A DNA stretch of 64,000 nucleotides from a virus (IMGVR_UViG_3300023174_000048:1-64000); one strand, 5' to 3'. Counted from the stretch's first letter, positions 9,062 to 17,807 are shown. Notes: generated by a model not told the origin, from the sequence alone. Program-made: numbers and translations.

Positions 9062-9691
9062 CTATAAGATTGAAACGCTGCTTTTATTTCCTTTAGATAA
9101 ATTATCTTTAGCCCATAATGGTTGTAAATTAGTATAATGGAAACAAATTTTTTGTTGATCTATATTTGTTAAATCAAAACTAGAACATGGTATTATATGA
9201 TCTATATGCCAACCATATAATCCATAATTTTTCCAACTCATACCTTCTCTAAATTGTTTTTCCAAATATTTTTTGAGTTCCTCTATAGAGCATCCTAATA
9301 ATTCCAAGGTTTTTTTACTTTTATAGCCATTATTAATAGCAGAACGAATTCTTCTACTTATATTATCTCTTACTTTATAAGATTTATTCAGTAATCTTTG
9401 TTTGCGGTTGTATTCTTTGATATATTGTTTTCTTTTTTCTTTGTTAATTGGATTATCATCATATTCTTTTTTCCTTAATAATAGTCTTTCCTTATTCCTA
9501 CTGTAGTACGAAGGTAAATTATGGTTTTTTACTCTAGGTTTGAAATAGTATTTTTTTCTTTTCTGTATTTTATTTTTATAAGATAAACACTCTTTACATC
9601 CAGATGTTCTTCCACATAGCATACGACTATCTAAATAATATTCATCTAATTCTTTATCTTTTTTACATAATGTACATATTTTTGTAATCAT
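9062..9691 (-). CDS. HNH endonuclease (Zn-ribbon + HNH), paralog B
   Basis: CTLC..CKEC; WHIDHIIPCSSFDL..CFHYTNLQPLWAKDN; GAGGA SD before ATG 9691 (ORF track start 9745 runs through the hairpin). Confidence 0.9.
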   Translation of the reverse strand: MITKICTLCKKDKELDEYYLDSRMLCGRTSGCKECLSYKNKIQKRKKYYFKPRVKNHNLPSYYSRNKERLLLRKKEYDDNPINKEKRKQYIKEYNRKQRLLNKSYKVRDNISRRIRSAINNGYKSKKTLELLGCSIEELKKYLEKQFREGMSWKNYGLYGWHIDHIIPCSSFDLTNIDQQKICFHYTNLQPLWAKDNLSKGNKSSVSIL

Positions 9692-9705
9692 AGATTCCTC
9701 AAACA

Positions 9706-9819
9706 CAGAAAGCCCAAATGTTGTCAAGTTGCAGTTGACAAACACTCAGGCTTCTGGTATAATGAATTGTACGGGGTTCAGAAATGTCTGCAACACATCT
9801 CTATAATACAATACACCAA
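9706..9819 (-). ncRNA. candidate HNH-associated kissing-loop RNA, copy B
   Basis: - strand loops GTTGCAG (9788-9794) and CTGCAAC (9728-9734) are complementary. Confidence 0.75.
9735..9763 (+). promoter_or_regulatory. consensus sigma70 promoter inside element B
   Basis: TTGACA-17-TATAAT. Confidence 0.85.
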
Positions 9820-9841
9820 ATCAATACAAAAATAGATCATT

Positions 9842-10093
9842 ATGACATTCACAGAATTCCTTAAAAAAGTTGATGATACTTTTATTAGTCACCAAGCGGC
9901 TAGATCTAAATCAACAGATAATCCTGTGTCTGCATCTAATCAATTGCGATATGGTCAAACAATAATGAATGTTTTACACGATGTTTGGCATACAAAATAT
10001 CTTGAAATTAGCGACTCCGATATGGACTGTTTTTATACTAATCGTAATGTTGCTATGCTTTTAAATAAATTAGAGAAAGAATGGGTTTACTAA
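9842..10093 (+). CDS. hypothetical protein
   Basis: first ORF after element B promoter. Confidence 0.7.
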   Translation: MTFTEFLKKVDDTFISHQAARSKSTDNPVSASNQLRYGQTIMNVLHDVWHTKYLEISDSDMDCFYTNRNVAMLLNKLEKEWVY

Positions 10094-10407
10094 TGAACTT
10101 TGAACAAGCAAAAGAATTGTCTTTTCTAGTCCCGTGGAAAATTGCTGAATGTTTTAGTGGGCCACAATGTTGGTGCAGAAGAATTGTGCCAGTTGAGCCT
10201 ATTGTTTGGTATCATCCAGATTTTCCAGAGATTAAAAATGAAATTGATATTGTTGATGATGGAGCATTAGATCAACAAACCGCCGAATATATTGTGAAAC
10301 TTCATAATGAACACCATGAAAGAGTAAAACAAAGTTGTAGGGATGCTACGAAAGAGATTATGGATAGTCTTGTGGCTCTAAAGCGTTACAAAAATTATCT
10401 GAATTAG
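10093..10407 (+). CDS. hypothetical protein
   Basis: TAATG overlap. Confidence 0.7.
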   Translation: MNFEQAKELSFLVPWKIAECFSGPQCWCRRIVPVEPIVWYHPDFPEIKNEIDIVDDGALDQQTAEYIVKLHNEHHERVKQSCRDATKEIMDSLVALKRYKNYLN

Positions 10408-10426
10408 ATCAAGAACTAGGTTTCCA

Positions 10427-10609
10427 ATGAACCAAACTCAAAAAGACAAAATACTTGAAGTTATCAAGTTATGTAATCAAAAAATCAAAAAACAAAAAGA
10501 TCATGAATCTTCTGCCGGATATGGAGAAGATTATACTGATGGAAGAATTGTCGGCGGTGCATCGTTAGCCCGACGAATATTAGAGATATTGAAAGGTTTT
10601 GAACTTTAA
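10427..10609 (+). CDS. hypothetical protein
   Basis: packed + strand ORF. Confidence 0.6.
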   Translation: MNQTQKDKILEVIKLCNQKIKKQKDHESSAGYGEDYTDGRIVGGASLARRILEILKGFEL

Positions 10610-11138
10610 AATGAAACTTAAAGATATAGTACCATACTGTTTACAAATTAAAAATGGTCGAGACGAACTAAAATACTATTGGATTATTAATGGAATAAAT
10701 TATGCTTTTGATTCTTTACAATTAGACATTGTTAACTTTATTAATTTGATCGCCAATCTTAATGGATATGATTATTTAATGCTCAACTTAAACAATGAGA
10801 TAACTATTTTTGACAAATTCATTCTGGTTCATAAAACTCAAAACGAAACAACAAACAATGAATCAAGAGTATTTCACCGACAAAATTATTATATAGCCAA
10901 TGGTCATAGCACATCAGCAGAATATTATACAATAGGGTTATTTCATACAACCACCAACTGCATGATGGTTGATCTGAGAACCACCATATTTAAAGACCTT
11001 ATCTCTCCACCTGTCCGATCTAAACCAGCCGATTTGACTCTGGATGAACGAGTTGATGGTCTTATTGATGAACTAATGAAAGACAGCAAATCTATGGCTA
11101 TTAAGAAACTGAAGAGGATGTTAAATGAGCGACTCTGA
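10599..11138 (+). CDS. hypothetical protein
   Basis: 179 aa ORF in array. Confidence 0.7.
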   Translation: MNFKMKLKDIVPYCLQIKNGRDELKYYWIINGINYAFDSLQLDIVNFINLIANLNGYDYLMLNLNNEITIFDKFILVHKTQNETTNNESRVFHRQNYYIANGHSTSAEYYTIGLFHTTTNCMMVDLRTTIFKDLISPPVRSKPADLTLDERVDGLIDELMKDSKSMAIKKLKRMLNERL

Positions 11139-11400
11139 AAAAGTATATTGTCTAACCAACTTCTTAACCCAAGATGAATTATATAGATTCCAAAGAGAAA
11201 TAGAAGATGATATAAAATACTCATATGGATTTAAAGAACAGTTTAACCAGTATGATATAAAGTTACACATATCAAAAAATGACGCTATCCAATATTATGA
11301 TTTGTTTACTGAATTATTTTTCTTGGTTGAAACTAAAGTTGGAGAAGCAATCTCATGGAAAAGATTTAAAGATGTTTTTAAGGGAGAGGTAATCAAATGA
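11125..11400 (+). CDS. hypothetical protein
   Basis: GAGGA SD. Confidence 0.7.
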   Translation: MSDSEKVYCLTNFLTQDELYRFQREIEDDIKYSYGFKEQFNQYDIKLHISKNDAIQYYDLFTELFFLVETKVGEAISWKRFKDVFKGEVIK

Positions 11401-11843
11401 GAGACTATAAAAGGATTGACGAATTACGAAAAGAATACTCAAATCTTAATGATTATATATCATCTCTTTGTGAAGTTATAAAACAATTAGAAAATAAAAT
11501 TAAACACCACGAAAAAGGAACAGCAACAGTTTATGTCCCCAATCAATCATCGTACAAAGACTTAGAACTTAAACTAAAAAACTTTGAAACTAACAAGCAA
11601 AAAGATATTGATGAGTTATTGGAGACTAGAATCATTCCATTAAATAAAGAAGTCCAAGAACTAAGAGCCGATAATTACAATCTTAAATCTAAAAATAGGA
11701 ATTCGGAGAATCATATAATGATGCTTAATAGACTGATTGATTTTGCTGTGGGATATATTAGTGCGACTCAGCCTCATACTGACAAACATCCTATGGAAGT
11801 TAAAAAATGGTTATTTGAGGGATTTGAAGGATTAAAAGAATGA
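11397..11843 (+). CDS. coiled-coil hypothetical protein
   Basis: GAGG SD; heptad-like charged sequence. Confidence 0.7.
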   Translation: MRDYKRIDELRKEYSNLNDYISSLCEVIKQLENKIKHHEKGTATVYVPNQSSYKDLELKLKNFETNKQKDIDELLETRIIPLNKEVQELRADNYNLKSKNRNSENHIMMLNRLIDFAVGYISATQPHTDKHPMEVKKWLFEGFEGLKE

Positions 11844-12796
11844 ATCCTCATAGAAAGTATAGAAGTTATATGCAAGCATCAGACCTTTGGCTAATAAATG
11901 CACCAATTATTTTGGTGGTGGTATTATTTACCATATTTTATCTTAATCCCATTCATAAAAAGAATACGGATAAAGTACCCCAAAACAAACCAATTGACCG
12001 ACAAACTATAAGTACCGATAATATTACTGGTAATGTTGAAAGTATTCATGGTTGGGGACGAACAGAAATTGTTCCCATGAAAAGCATAGAGTTAGAATAT
12101 TTTGAATATTGCGAACAATGGGTTATGTATGGTGATGTTGTTCAGCCAGTTGGCCGCAAAGGTTATTTCATGCCGGTAATGAGAGGTAATCTTAATCTTA
12201 ATGTTAAAGACCTTACCCAAACATGGGTGGCACATGAGAAATACGAAAGTGGCCCAATAGAAAATCCAGAAACTTTTGAGGATTTTAGAGTAGCAGATAT
12301 TAGAGTAAAAGAAGGAAAAATTATTGATATAAACTACTCTCATTATAGGTTGTTATCAGATAATACTTGGAGTATAATAGCATCATGGAAAGCAATAGTT
12401 AATCCAGACGTTCCTGACCCTGTTCTAGAAAATATTCAAAAAGAATCAGAACATCCAGTAATAGTTTGTTCATCTTGTAAAGGCAAGGGAGAAAAACTTA
12501 CCGACGTTAATAAATTAATGATGGATGCCTCACTGGCTATATTTTTTAATCATCATCTGATGGTTGACAAATGCGAAAAGTGTGTTAAACTACCTAACGG
12601 CGACGGTTATGACTACTGCGACGTTGTAAATGAGCGTTACCAAACTTTACTTAAAGAATATGGTGTTGTTGGGCCGAAAATGGATATGGCAGCGTGTGAA
12701 CAGTGTATGGGCGAGGGAACTTTTAGTAGCAAAGATTTAACTACCGGAAAGTGGCTGACTCAGGAGGAATATGATGAGAAAAGCAAGAAAAATTAA
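11840..12796 (+). CDS. membrane-anchored protein with DnaJ-type CxxCxGxG zinc motifs
   Basis: hydrophobic segment aa ~15-35; CSSCKGKG and CEQCMGEG in C-terminal part. Confidence 0.6.
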   Translation: MNPHRKYRSYMQASDLWLINAPIILVVVLFTIFYLNPIHKKNTDKVPQNKPIDRQTISTDNITGNVESIHGWGRTEIVPMKSIELEYFEYCEQWVMYGDVVQPVGRKGYFMPVMRGNLNLNVKDLTQTWVAHEKYESGPIENPETFEDFRVADIRVKEGKIIDINYSHYRLLSDNTWSIIASWKAIVNPDVPDPVLENIQKESEHPVIVCSSCKGKGEKLTDVNKLMMDASLAIFFNHHLMVDKCEKCVKLPNGDGYDYCDVVNERYQTLLKEYGVVGPKMDMAACEQCMGEGTFSSKDLTTGKWLTQEEYDEKSKKN

Positions 12797-13061
12797 CCGA
12801 CAAAAAATAAAAGAACAAATAATTTCTGTGAGTCCTTGGGATTTGTCTGGAAGTCCAGAAGATATTTGTAAAAATTTAAGAACAACTCAAGATGCTTTTT
12901 TACAAGATCGAAATGATGTTATTGAATCATATTGGTCTTGGGATTCTGGTATTTATGCTAGTGATACCGGAGCATTTGAATTGGTTATTACTAGACTAGA
13001 AAATGATAAAGAGTATAATGCTAGAGTTAAAAAGCAGGAAAACAAGACGAAATATAACTAA
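12771..13061 (+). CDS. hypothetical protein
   Basis: GAGGA SD. Confidence 0.6.
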   Translation: MMRKARKINRQKIKEQIISVSPWDLSGSPEDICKNLRTTQDAFLQDRNDVIESYWSWDSGIYASDTGAFELVITRLENDKEYNARVKKQENKTKYN

Positions 13062-13088
13062 AAGAATATCTTAGATTAAAGGAAAAGT

Positions 13089-13394
13089 TTGGAGGTTTAT
13101 CTTAAAATGTATAAAATAATATCGGATTTAGGTAAAAAAAGTGGATGGAACGCTAGAGTATTTCAGTGGGAAGATTCTGATGAAGTAAGGCGTATGCTTC
13201 CAAATCCACAGGATCATTCAAAATGGTACTATGTAGATTTTTACATGACGAATGATTATACTAACGGCACTCGTATAGAAGGAACAAAAGAAGATCTACA
13301 AAGAATAGTAGACATGTTAAATGTTGCTATTAGCCACCAAGAAAATACAGACGAAATTGCTAAAGATGTCGAGAGAATATTCAATGAACCATGA
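13089..13394 (+). CDS. hypothetical protein
   Basis: ORF in array; true start probably ATG 13107 (GGAGG SD). Confidence 0.65.
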   Translation: MEVYLKMYKIISDLGKKSGWNARVFQWEDSDEVRRMLPNPQDHSKWYYVDFYMTNDYTNGTRIEGTKEDLQRIVDMLNVAISHQENTDEIAKDVERIFNEP

Positions 13395-13611
13395 TGATAT
13401 TTGGACAAAATCTCTCCAATTAAAAAAAGCAAGAAGAGAACATATGTCAAAATGTATGGACAGTTATGATTCTAATATATACGATCCAGCATTAAAACAA
13501 TTACAAGAAGAGTGTGAAAAATTGGGACACAAATTTGTTTTTCGAAGTTTTACTGTTGGTCATTACGCATATTACTCTTGTGACTATTGTGGTTTTGAAA
13601 AAATAGAATAA
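13384..13611 (+). CDS. hypothetical protein with C-terminal Cys/His motif
   Basis: CEKLGH...CDYC. Confidence 0.6.
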   Translation: MNHDDIWTKSLQLKKARREHMSKCMDSYDSNIYDPALKQLQEECEKLGHKFVFRSFTVGHYAYYSCDYCGFEKIE

Positions 13612-13623
13612 AGGAGAATAAAC

Positions 13624-13866
13624 ATGAATAGTTTTTGGAAAGGTTTCTGTAACTTGTTTGGTTGTTTTAGTCCTAAAACGCTAGACGAAAGCATGGAAGA
13701 TTTATATTCACGAATGGGATGGGGACAATATCACAATCCTTGTGAATGTTACAATACTGCTGTTGATATTAACAGAGCATTAGAAGAGCAAACATTTTCT
13801 AATATGATTAAAGATCCATCAAGACCAAGAATTAGTCAGTGTTATAATAGACAAAGATACAAATGA
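13624..13866 (+). CDS. hypothetical protein
   Basis: AAGGAG SD. Confidence 0.65.
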   Translation: MNSFWKGFCNLFGCFSPKTLDESMEDLYSRMGWGQYHNPCECYNTAVDINRALEEQTFSNMIKDPSRPRISQCYNRQRYK

Positions 13867-14168
13867 AAACCTATAAGAAAAAAACCGTTAAAGTTGTTGA
13901 CCAAATTTTATGCGATTGTTGCGGACAATCATGTACCAAAGAAGTTCCTACTATCAAACCATCGTTCGATCATGAATATGCAAAAATAGAAGCAACATGG
14001 GGATACTTTTCCAATCAAGATGGTACTCAATATGATATTCAAATTTGTGAAACTTGTTTCACTGAAGTATTAGATTTTATCAAAGACAAACGACGAAAAG
14101 TTTTAGGTCCATTTAATTTTCCACATGAAAAAGATCCATTAGAAGGGAAGAGGTATTTTCCATTATGA
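13863..14168 (+). CDS. hypothetical Zn-binding phage protein
   Basis: CDCC...ATWGY...ICETC. Confidence 0.7.
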   Translation: MKTYKKKTVKVVDQILCDCCGQSCTKEVPTIKPSFDHEYAKIEATWGYFSNQDGTQYDIQICETCFTEVLDFIKDKRRKVLGPFNFPHEKDPLEGKRYFPL

Positions 14169-14392
14169 AAGCCACGTTTAATTTTGATCTGGATATTCCA
14201 GAAGATAAGGTTCAGTATGATATAATGAACCAAGCACATAAAATGCAAAGAATGTTATGGCAATTTAGTCAACAATTACGAGAGTGGGAAAAATATGGTC
14301 ATCAGTTTAATAGTGCTGATAATGCTGTATATAGTATAAGAGAAGAATTTTATAAGACGCTCAACAACTATGAAGTGAATATTGATCTATAG
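14165..14392 (+). CDS. hypothetical phage protein
   Basis: ATGA overlap; MKATFNFDL start. Confidence 0.7.
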   Translation: MKATFNFDLDIPEDKVQYDIMNQAHKMQRMLWQFSQQLREWEKYGHQFNSADNAVYSIREEFYKTLNNYEVNIDL

Positions 14393-15082
14393 CCAATTTA
14401 ATTTATCTCCTTTGCTTAGATTGTCTTTTGCCCATAAAGGTTGTAGATTAGAATAATGGAAACATTTTTTCTGTTCTTCTGGATTGTTTAAATCAAAACT
14501 AGAACAAGGTATTATATGATCTATATGCCAACCATATAATCCATAATTTTTCCAACTCATACCGTTTGTAAATTTATTTTCTAAATATTTTTTAAGTTCT
14601 TCCACAGAACATCCTATTAAATTAAATGATCTATCTGATTTTATTTTTCCTCGAATAGCATGATTAATTCTACGTCTTAAATTTTCTGCTAATCTAAATT
14701 GTGTGTTTATTTTTCTTTTTTTGTTGTTTCTTTGATTTATTAGATTTTTATTATTTTTATTATATTCTTTTTTACGAGACAGTATTTTATATTTATGTTT
14801 TAGATAAGTTTTTTTGTCTTTTTCTCTATAGTATTCATTATGTTCGAGTCTTCGTTGTTTATTCTTTATACTAATTATATCTGCGTTTTGTTTATTATAT
14901 TTTCTTTTATTTTCGCATAATTTTTGTTTGTGTAATGAATAATATTTTGCATCATATATCTTCCGATAGTCTTTAATACATTGTTTACATTGTGATCTCA
15001 ATCCATCTTTTCCTCCTTTTTGTTTATTAAAGTTAGAAATTTCTTTTTCTTGTTTGCATTTTGTACATATTTTATTTTTCAT
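14387..15082 (-). CDS. HNH endonuclease (Zn-ribbon + HNH), paralog C
   Basis: CTKC..CKQC; WHIDHIIPCSSFDL..CFHYSNLQPLWAKDN; start set at MKNKICTKC by alignment with paralogs. Confidence 0.9.
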   Translation of the reverse strand: MKNKICTKCKQEKEISNFNKQKGGKDGLRSQCKQCIKDYRKIYDAKYYSLHKQKLCENKRKYNKQNADIISIKNKQRRLEHNEYYREKDKKTYLKHKYKILSRKKEYNKNNKNLINQRNNKKRKINTQFRLAENLRRRINHAIRGKIKSDRSFNLIGCSVEELKKYLENKFTNGMSWKNYGLYGWHIDHIIPCSSFDLNNPEEQKKCFHYSNLQPLWAKDNLSKGDKLNWL

Positions 15083-15096
15083 GTAACGCCTAAAAA

Positions 15097-15212
15097 CAGA
15101 AAGCCCAAATGCTGTCAAATTGCGGTTGACAAACATTCAGGCTTCTGGTATAATACATTGTACGATTATTAGAAATGTCCGCAATACATCTCTATAATTT
15201 ATAATACACCAA
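15097..15212 (-). ncRNA. candidate HNH-associated kissing-loop RNA, copy C
   Basis: - strand loops ATTGCGG (15179-15185) and CCGCAAT (15119-15125) are complementary. Confidence 0.75.
15126..15154 (+). promoter_or_regulatory. consensus sigma70 promoter inside element C
   Basis: TTGACA-17-TATAAT. Confidence 0.85.
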
Positions 15213-15229
15213 CAAAAGAAACAATATCA

Positions 15230-15961
15230 ATGTTTAGAATACTTAAAAGATCAAGAGTTAACCACTGGAGTTGCTCTGGTTTTGCCGATAAAATTAGAGG
15301 TATTAAAAAGCCTTTTGCTTTAGAGTGGCAAGAATGGAATGATTGGAGACAACAATCAGAAAAGAAACATCCTTTCCGATATTGGGTGGCTGAAGAAGTT
15401 TTAGACTTTTTGCAGGATATTGTTAATCTTCCTATGGATATTTACTATACCATAGAAGTTTATGTAAGAAATCGTTATATTGATAAACTTCATTATCTTC
15501 GCACAGGATTAAAGCCGGGTGAATATTATGATCCTGACTATCGTATTCTTCATGGGTTGTTCAATGAGTTGGTTATTTTTGTTGAGAGCGAACAGGCTCA
15601 TTTGATGAAAGCATATCCAGAACGAAAATATAAGTTCGTTAAAGGACGATGTAAACAAGCGGGTTTGGATTATCTAAACTGGGCAGGTCAATTAAAACTG
15701 AATGAAGATTATGGTTTCAATCCAGACGATGAAGATTATAATAAGCCAACAGCACAGGCTATAGACTCTCAGAAGATTTTGGAACTTTACAATTGGTGGT
15801 TGGATAGAGATTATAGAGTTGATCCTCATGATCTTTTCAACAAAGAAAAAGACGGAAAATATTATTATCGTAAGATTGGTGAGATGGAGGACAATTACGA
15901 TAAAGAAGATACTGAAAAACTAATTGAACTAATTAAGATAAGGAGTTCATTGTGGACATGA
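15230..15961 (+). CDS. hypothetical protein
   Basis: 243 aa ORF after element C promoter. Confidence 0.8.
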   Translation: MFRILKRSRVNHWSCSGFADKIRGIKKPFALEWQEWNDWRQQSEKKHPFRYWVAEEVLDFLQDIVNLPMDIYYTIEVYVRNRYIDKLHYLRTGLKPGEYYDPDYRILHGLFNELVIFVESEQAHLMKAYPERKYKFVKGRCKQAGLDYLNWAGQLKLNEDYGFNPDDEDYNKPTAQAIDSQKILELYNWWLDRDYRVDPHDLFNKEKDGKYYYRKIGEMEDNYDKEDTEKLIELIKIRSSLWT

Positions 15962-16467
15962 AAAAATATTCCACTTCGCCAGAACGAGGAAGTTTTTATC
16001 GCAAACACTGGTTGGAACAATTAGAACAAATGAAAACTCCTCAAGACGTTTATGAAGGAATGATGAAAATACTTGATGAAGACGATAAAAGAGAAGAAGA
16101 TGAAGATAAAACTTTTAATTTAGGATATGATCTTCGTTCAAATGAAAGAATGTTATCAAAAGCCCGTAATAGCGAAGTTTATTGTGAACAATTATACGCC
16201 GCTCTTTGTAATAATCAATTCTTTTATGGGGACAAAGAATGGACTTGTACCTGGAGATTTGCTGGCGGTATAATCTCTGACATGATACAAAAAGGAGACT
16301 ATATTGATTGGTATTGCAGCGGAAACGAAGGTTTTGTTACTGATGAAATTAAACTTGATTTGATGATGATGGGATGGATTGTTAAACCTTATGAATCCAA
16401 ACAAAAAAGATTAGAAGCATTAGAAAAATTAAGTGACCTCGACGAAGAATTAGGATTATATCAATGA
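15952..16467 (+). CDS. hypothetical phage protein
   Basis: LYAALCNNQF..WTCTWRFAGGII..DYIDWYCSG resembles a motif seen in aquatic phage hypotheticals. Confidence 0.75.
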   Translation: MDMKKYSTSPERGSFYRKHWLEQLEQMKTPQDVYEGMMKILDEDDKREEDEDKTFNLGYDLRSNERMLSKARNSEVYCEQLYAALCNNQFFYGDKEWTCTWRFAGGIISDMIQKGDYIDWYCSGNEGFVTDEIKLDLMMMGWIVKPYESKQKRLEALEKLSDLDEELGLYQ

Positions 16468-16697
16468 GTTGGAACTATCGAGTCATTAAAAAAGCAACTA
16501 AGATTCCTGGGGGAGGAATTGATATTACTTATACTGTGCATGATGTATATCTTGATGAAAATCTAGACATTGTAAACATTGGTAAAATATCACTTCCCGT
16601 GTCAGATAATGTCGAAGGATTAAAGCACAACTTGAAGAAAATGCTAGAGGCTTGTAAAAAGTCAGTTATTGACTATAACACTGGAGAAGAAATATGA
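16464..16697 (+). CDS. hypothetical phage protein (WNYRV type)
   Basis: MSWNYRVIKK start; ATGA overlap. Confidence 0.7.
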   Translation: MSWNYRVIKKATKIPGGGIDITYTVHDVYLDENLDIVNIGKISLPVSDNVEGLKHNLKKMLEACKKSVIDYNTGEEI

Positions 16698-16963
16698 AAA
16701 AGAAAATTACTAAAAAGAAAAAGCCCGTCAAGCAAAAGATTGATGTGGTATTAGAGTCATTACTTAATCTTGAACGAAAAGTCAAGGAACTAATAGATGG
16801 AGTAAAAGATTTGCATACACAAAGGTATTATCATCCAAAAGATGCTGAACCAAAACAATATTGGCCCAATACCAATCCACCATATAAATATGATGGAATA
16901 ATGTGGAATAATGAAAATATTCCATGTTCAACTAAAAAATTTCGTGATCGACCATTTCGCTAA
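16694..16963 (+). CDS. hypothetical protein
   Basis: GGAG SD, ATGA overlap. Confidence 0.6.
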   Translation: MKKKITKKKKPVKQKIDVVLESLLNLERKVKELIDGVKDLHTQRYYHPKDAEPKQYWPNTNPPYKYDGIMWNNENIPCSTKKFRDRPFR

Positions 16964-17144
16964 TTTCCAAAATGAAACACAATAAAAGCCCAGATCAATG
17001 GAATTGTCCCCATTGTAATGAATTTTATGATAGTGAAAAACAATCCGGGGAAGAGTATACTGTTAGTCGTTCTTGCCCTAATTTTATTCCTCATATAAAA
17101 TGTCCAAAATGTAAAAAATGTATGGGATGTAAAGAGACTAACCA

Positions 17145-17390
17145 ATGATAACTAAATATGATTGTGGAAAATTAGCTTTTGTTAATTCTCTTGAAAAAGC
17201 AGAAGAACTCAAAAAAACACTCATAAATCTTGGTGCTGATGAGAACGCTATTAATACAAAATTTGTACATGGGCCGAATCAGTACCTAGTAGAAATTGGT
17301 TCTATTGATTGTGAATTTCCTGAGTTGATAAAAGATTTTTGTCGTGATAATGATTGGACTAGTTGGAGTCTTTATAAAAGTAAATCATGA
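17145..17390 (+). CDS. hypothetical protein
   Basis: packed ORF. Confidence 0.6.
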   Translation: MITKYDCGKLAFVNSLEKAEELKKTLINLGADENAINTKFVHGPNQYLVEIGSIDCEFPELIKDFCRDNDWTSWSLYKSKS

Positions 17391-17617
17391 AAATAATTAA
17401 TGAAAGACGGTCTACTATTGATGGAAACGTATTGTTATCTTGTATAATAGAATATCGAAATAGAAAATTCAAAATTAGTGAGTGTTCACCTACAAAATTA
17501 TACATATGGTCAGGATTTAATGGTTGGTTGTTTATAGATAATGGATATCCAAAACATACTACTCAAGATAGTATAGATCAATTTTTAGATATTATGAGAG
17601 CTTATACTGATGAATAA
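17387..17617 (+). CDS. hypothetical protein
   Basis: ATGA overlap. Confidence 0.6.
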   Translation: MKIINERRSTIDGNVLLSCIIEYRNRKFKISECSPTKLYIWSGFNGWLFIDNGYPKHTTQDSIDQFLDIMRAYTDE

Positions 17618-17807
17618 ATCAATAACTGAACCAGAATTAAAAGATCGTCTACGACAAATTGTACAAAATGAATTTATTGAAGAATGGTTAGATACTCCTA
17701 ATAAAAATTTCGGATATAAAACACCACGCCAATTAATTATAGATCAGAATACTTTAGAAATTGAACGTATGTTATATGTTATGGAAACCGGAGAACCACT
17801 TTTATGA
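17610..17807 (+). CDS. MbcA/ParS/Xre antitoxin-like domain (DUF2384)
   Basis: EWLDTPNKNFGYKTPRQLI...IERML fits W(L/F)..PN..LGG.TP..L pattern. Confidence 0.7.
   Translation: MNKSITEPELKDRLRQIVQNEFIEEWLDTPNKNFGYKTPRQLIIDQNTLEIERMLYVMETGEPLL

Noticed and set aside
8991-9062. Possible hammerhead or HDV-like ribozyme (GAAAC motifs on - strand)
   Set aside because: No CUGANGA core in the correct order and no HDV topology could be built by eye.
9692-9745. In-frame 18-aa N-terminal extensions (MFVN.NLT.FGLSVF...) of HNH B and C (15083-15136) running through hairpin 2
   Set aside because: In copy A the same reading is out of frame with the HNH and stops early. A good SD precedes 9691 and paralog alignment starts at the CxxC. 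The similarity reflects the conserved hairpin, not protein.
8209-15212. Three similar repeats as a possible CRISPR array or as RNA guide cassettes
   Set aside because: Copies are kilobases apart, not interspaced by spacers, and no cas genes are present. The variable parts are only 4-7 nt linkers, so no guide-length segment is evident within the element.
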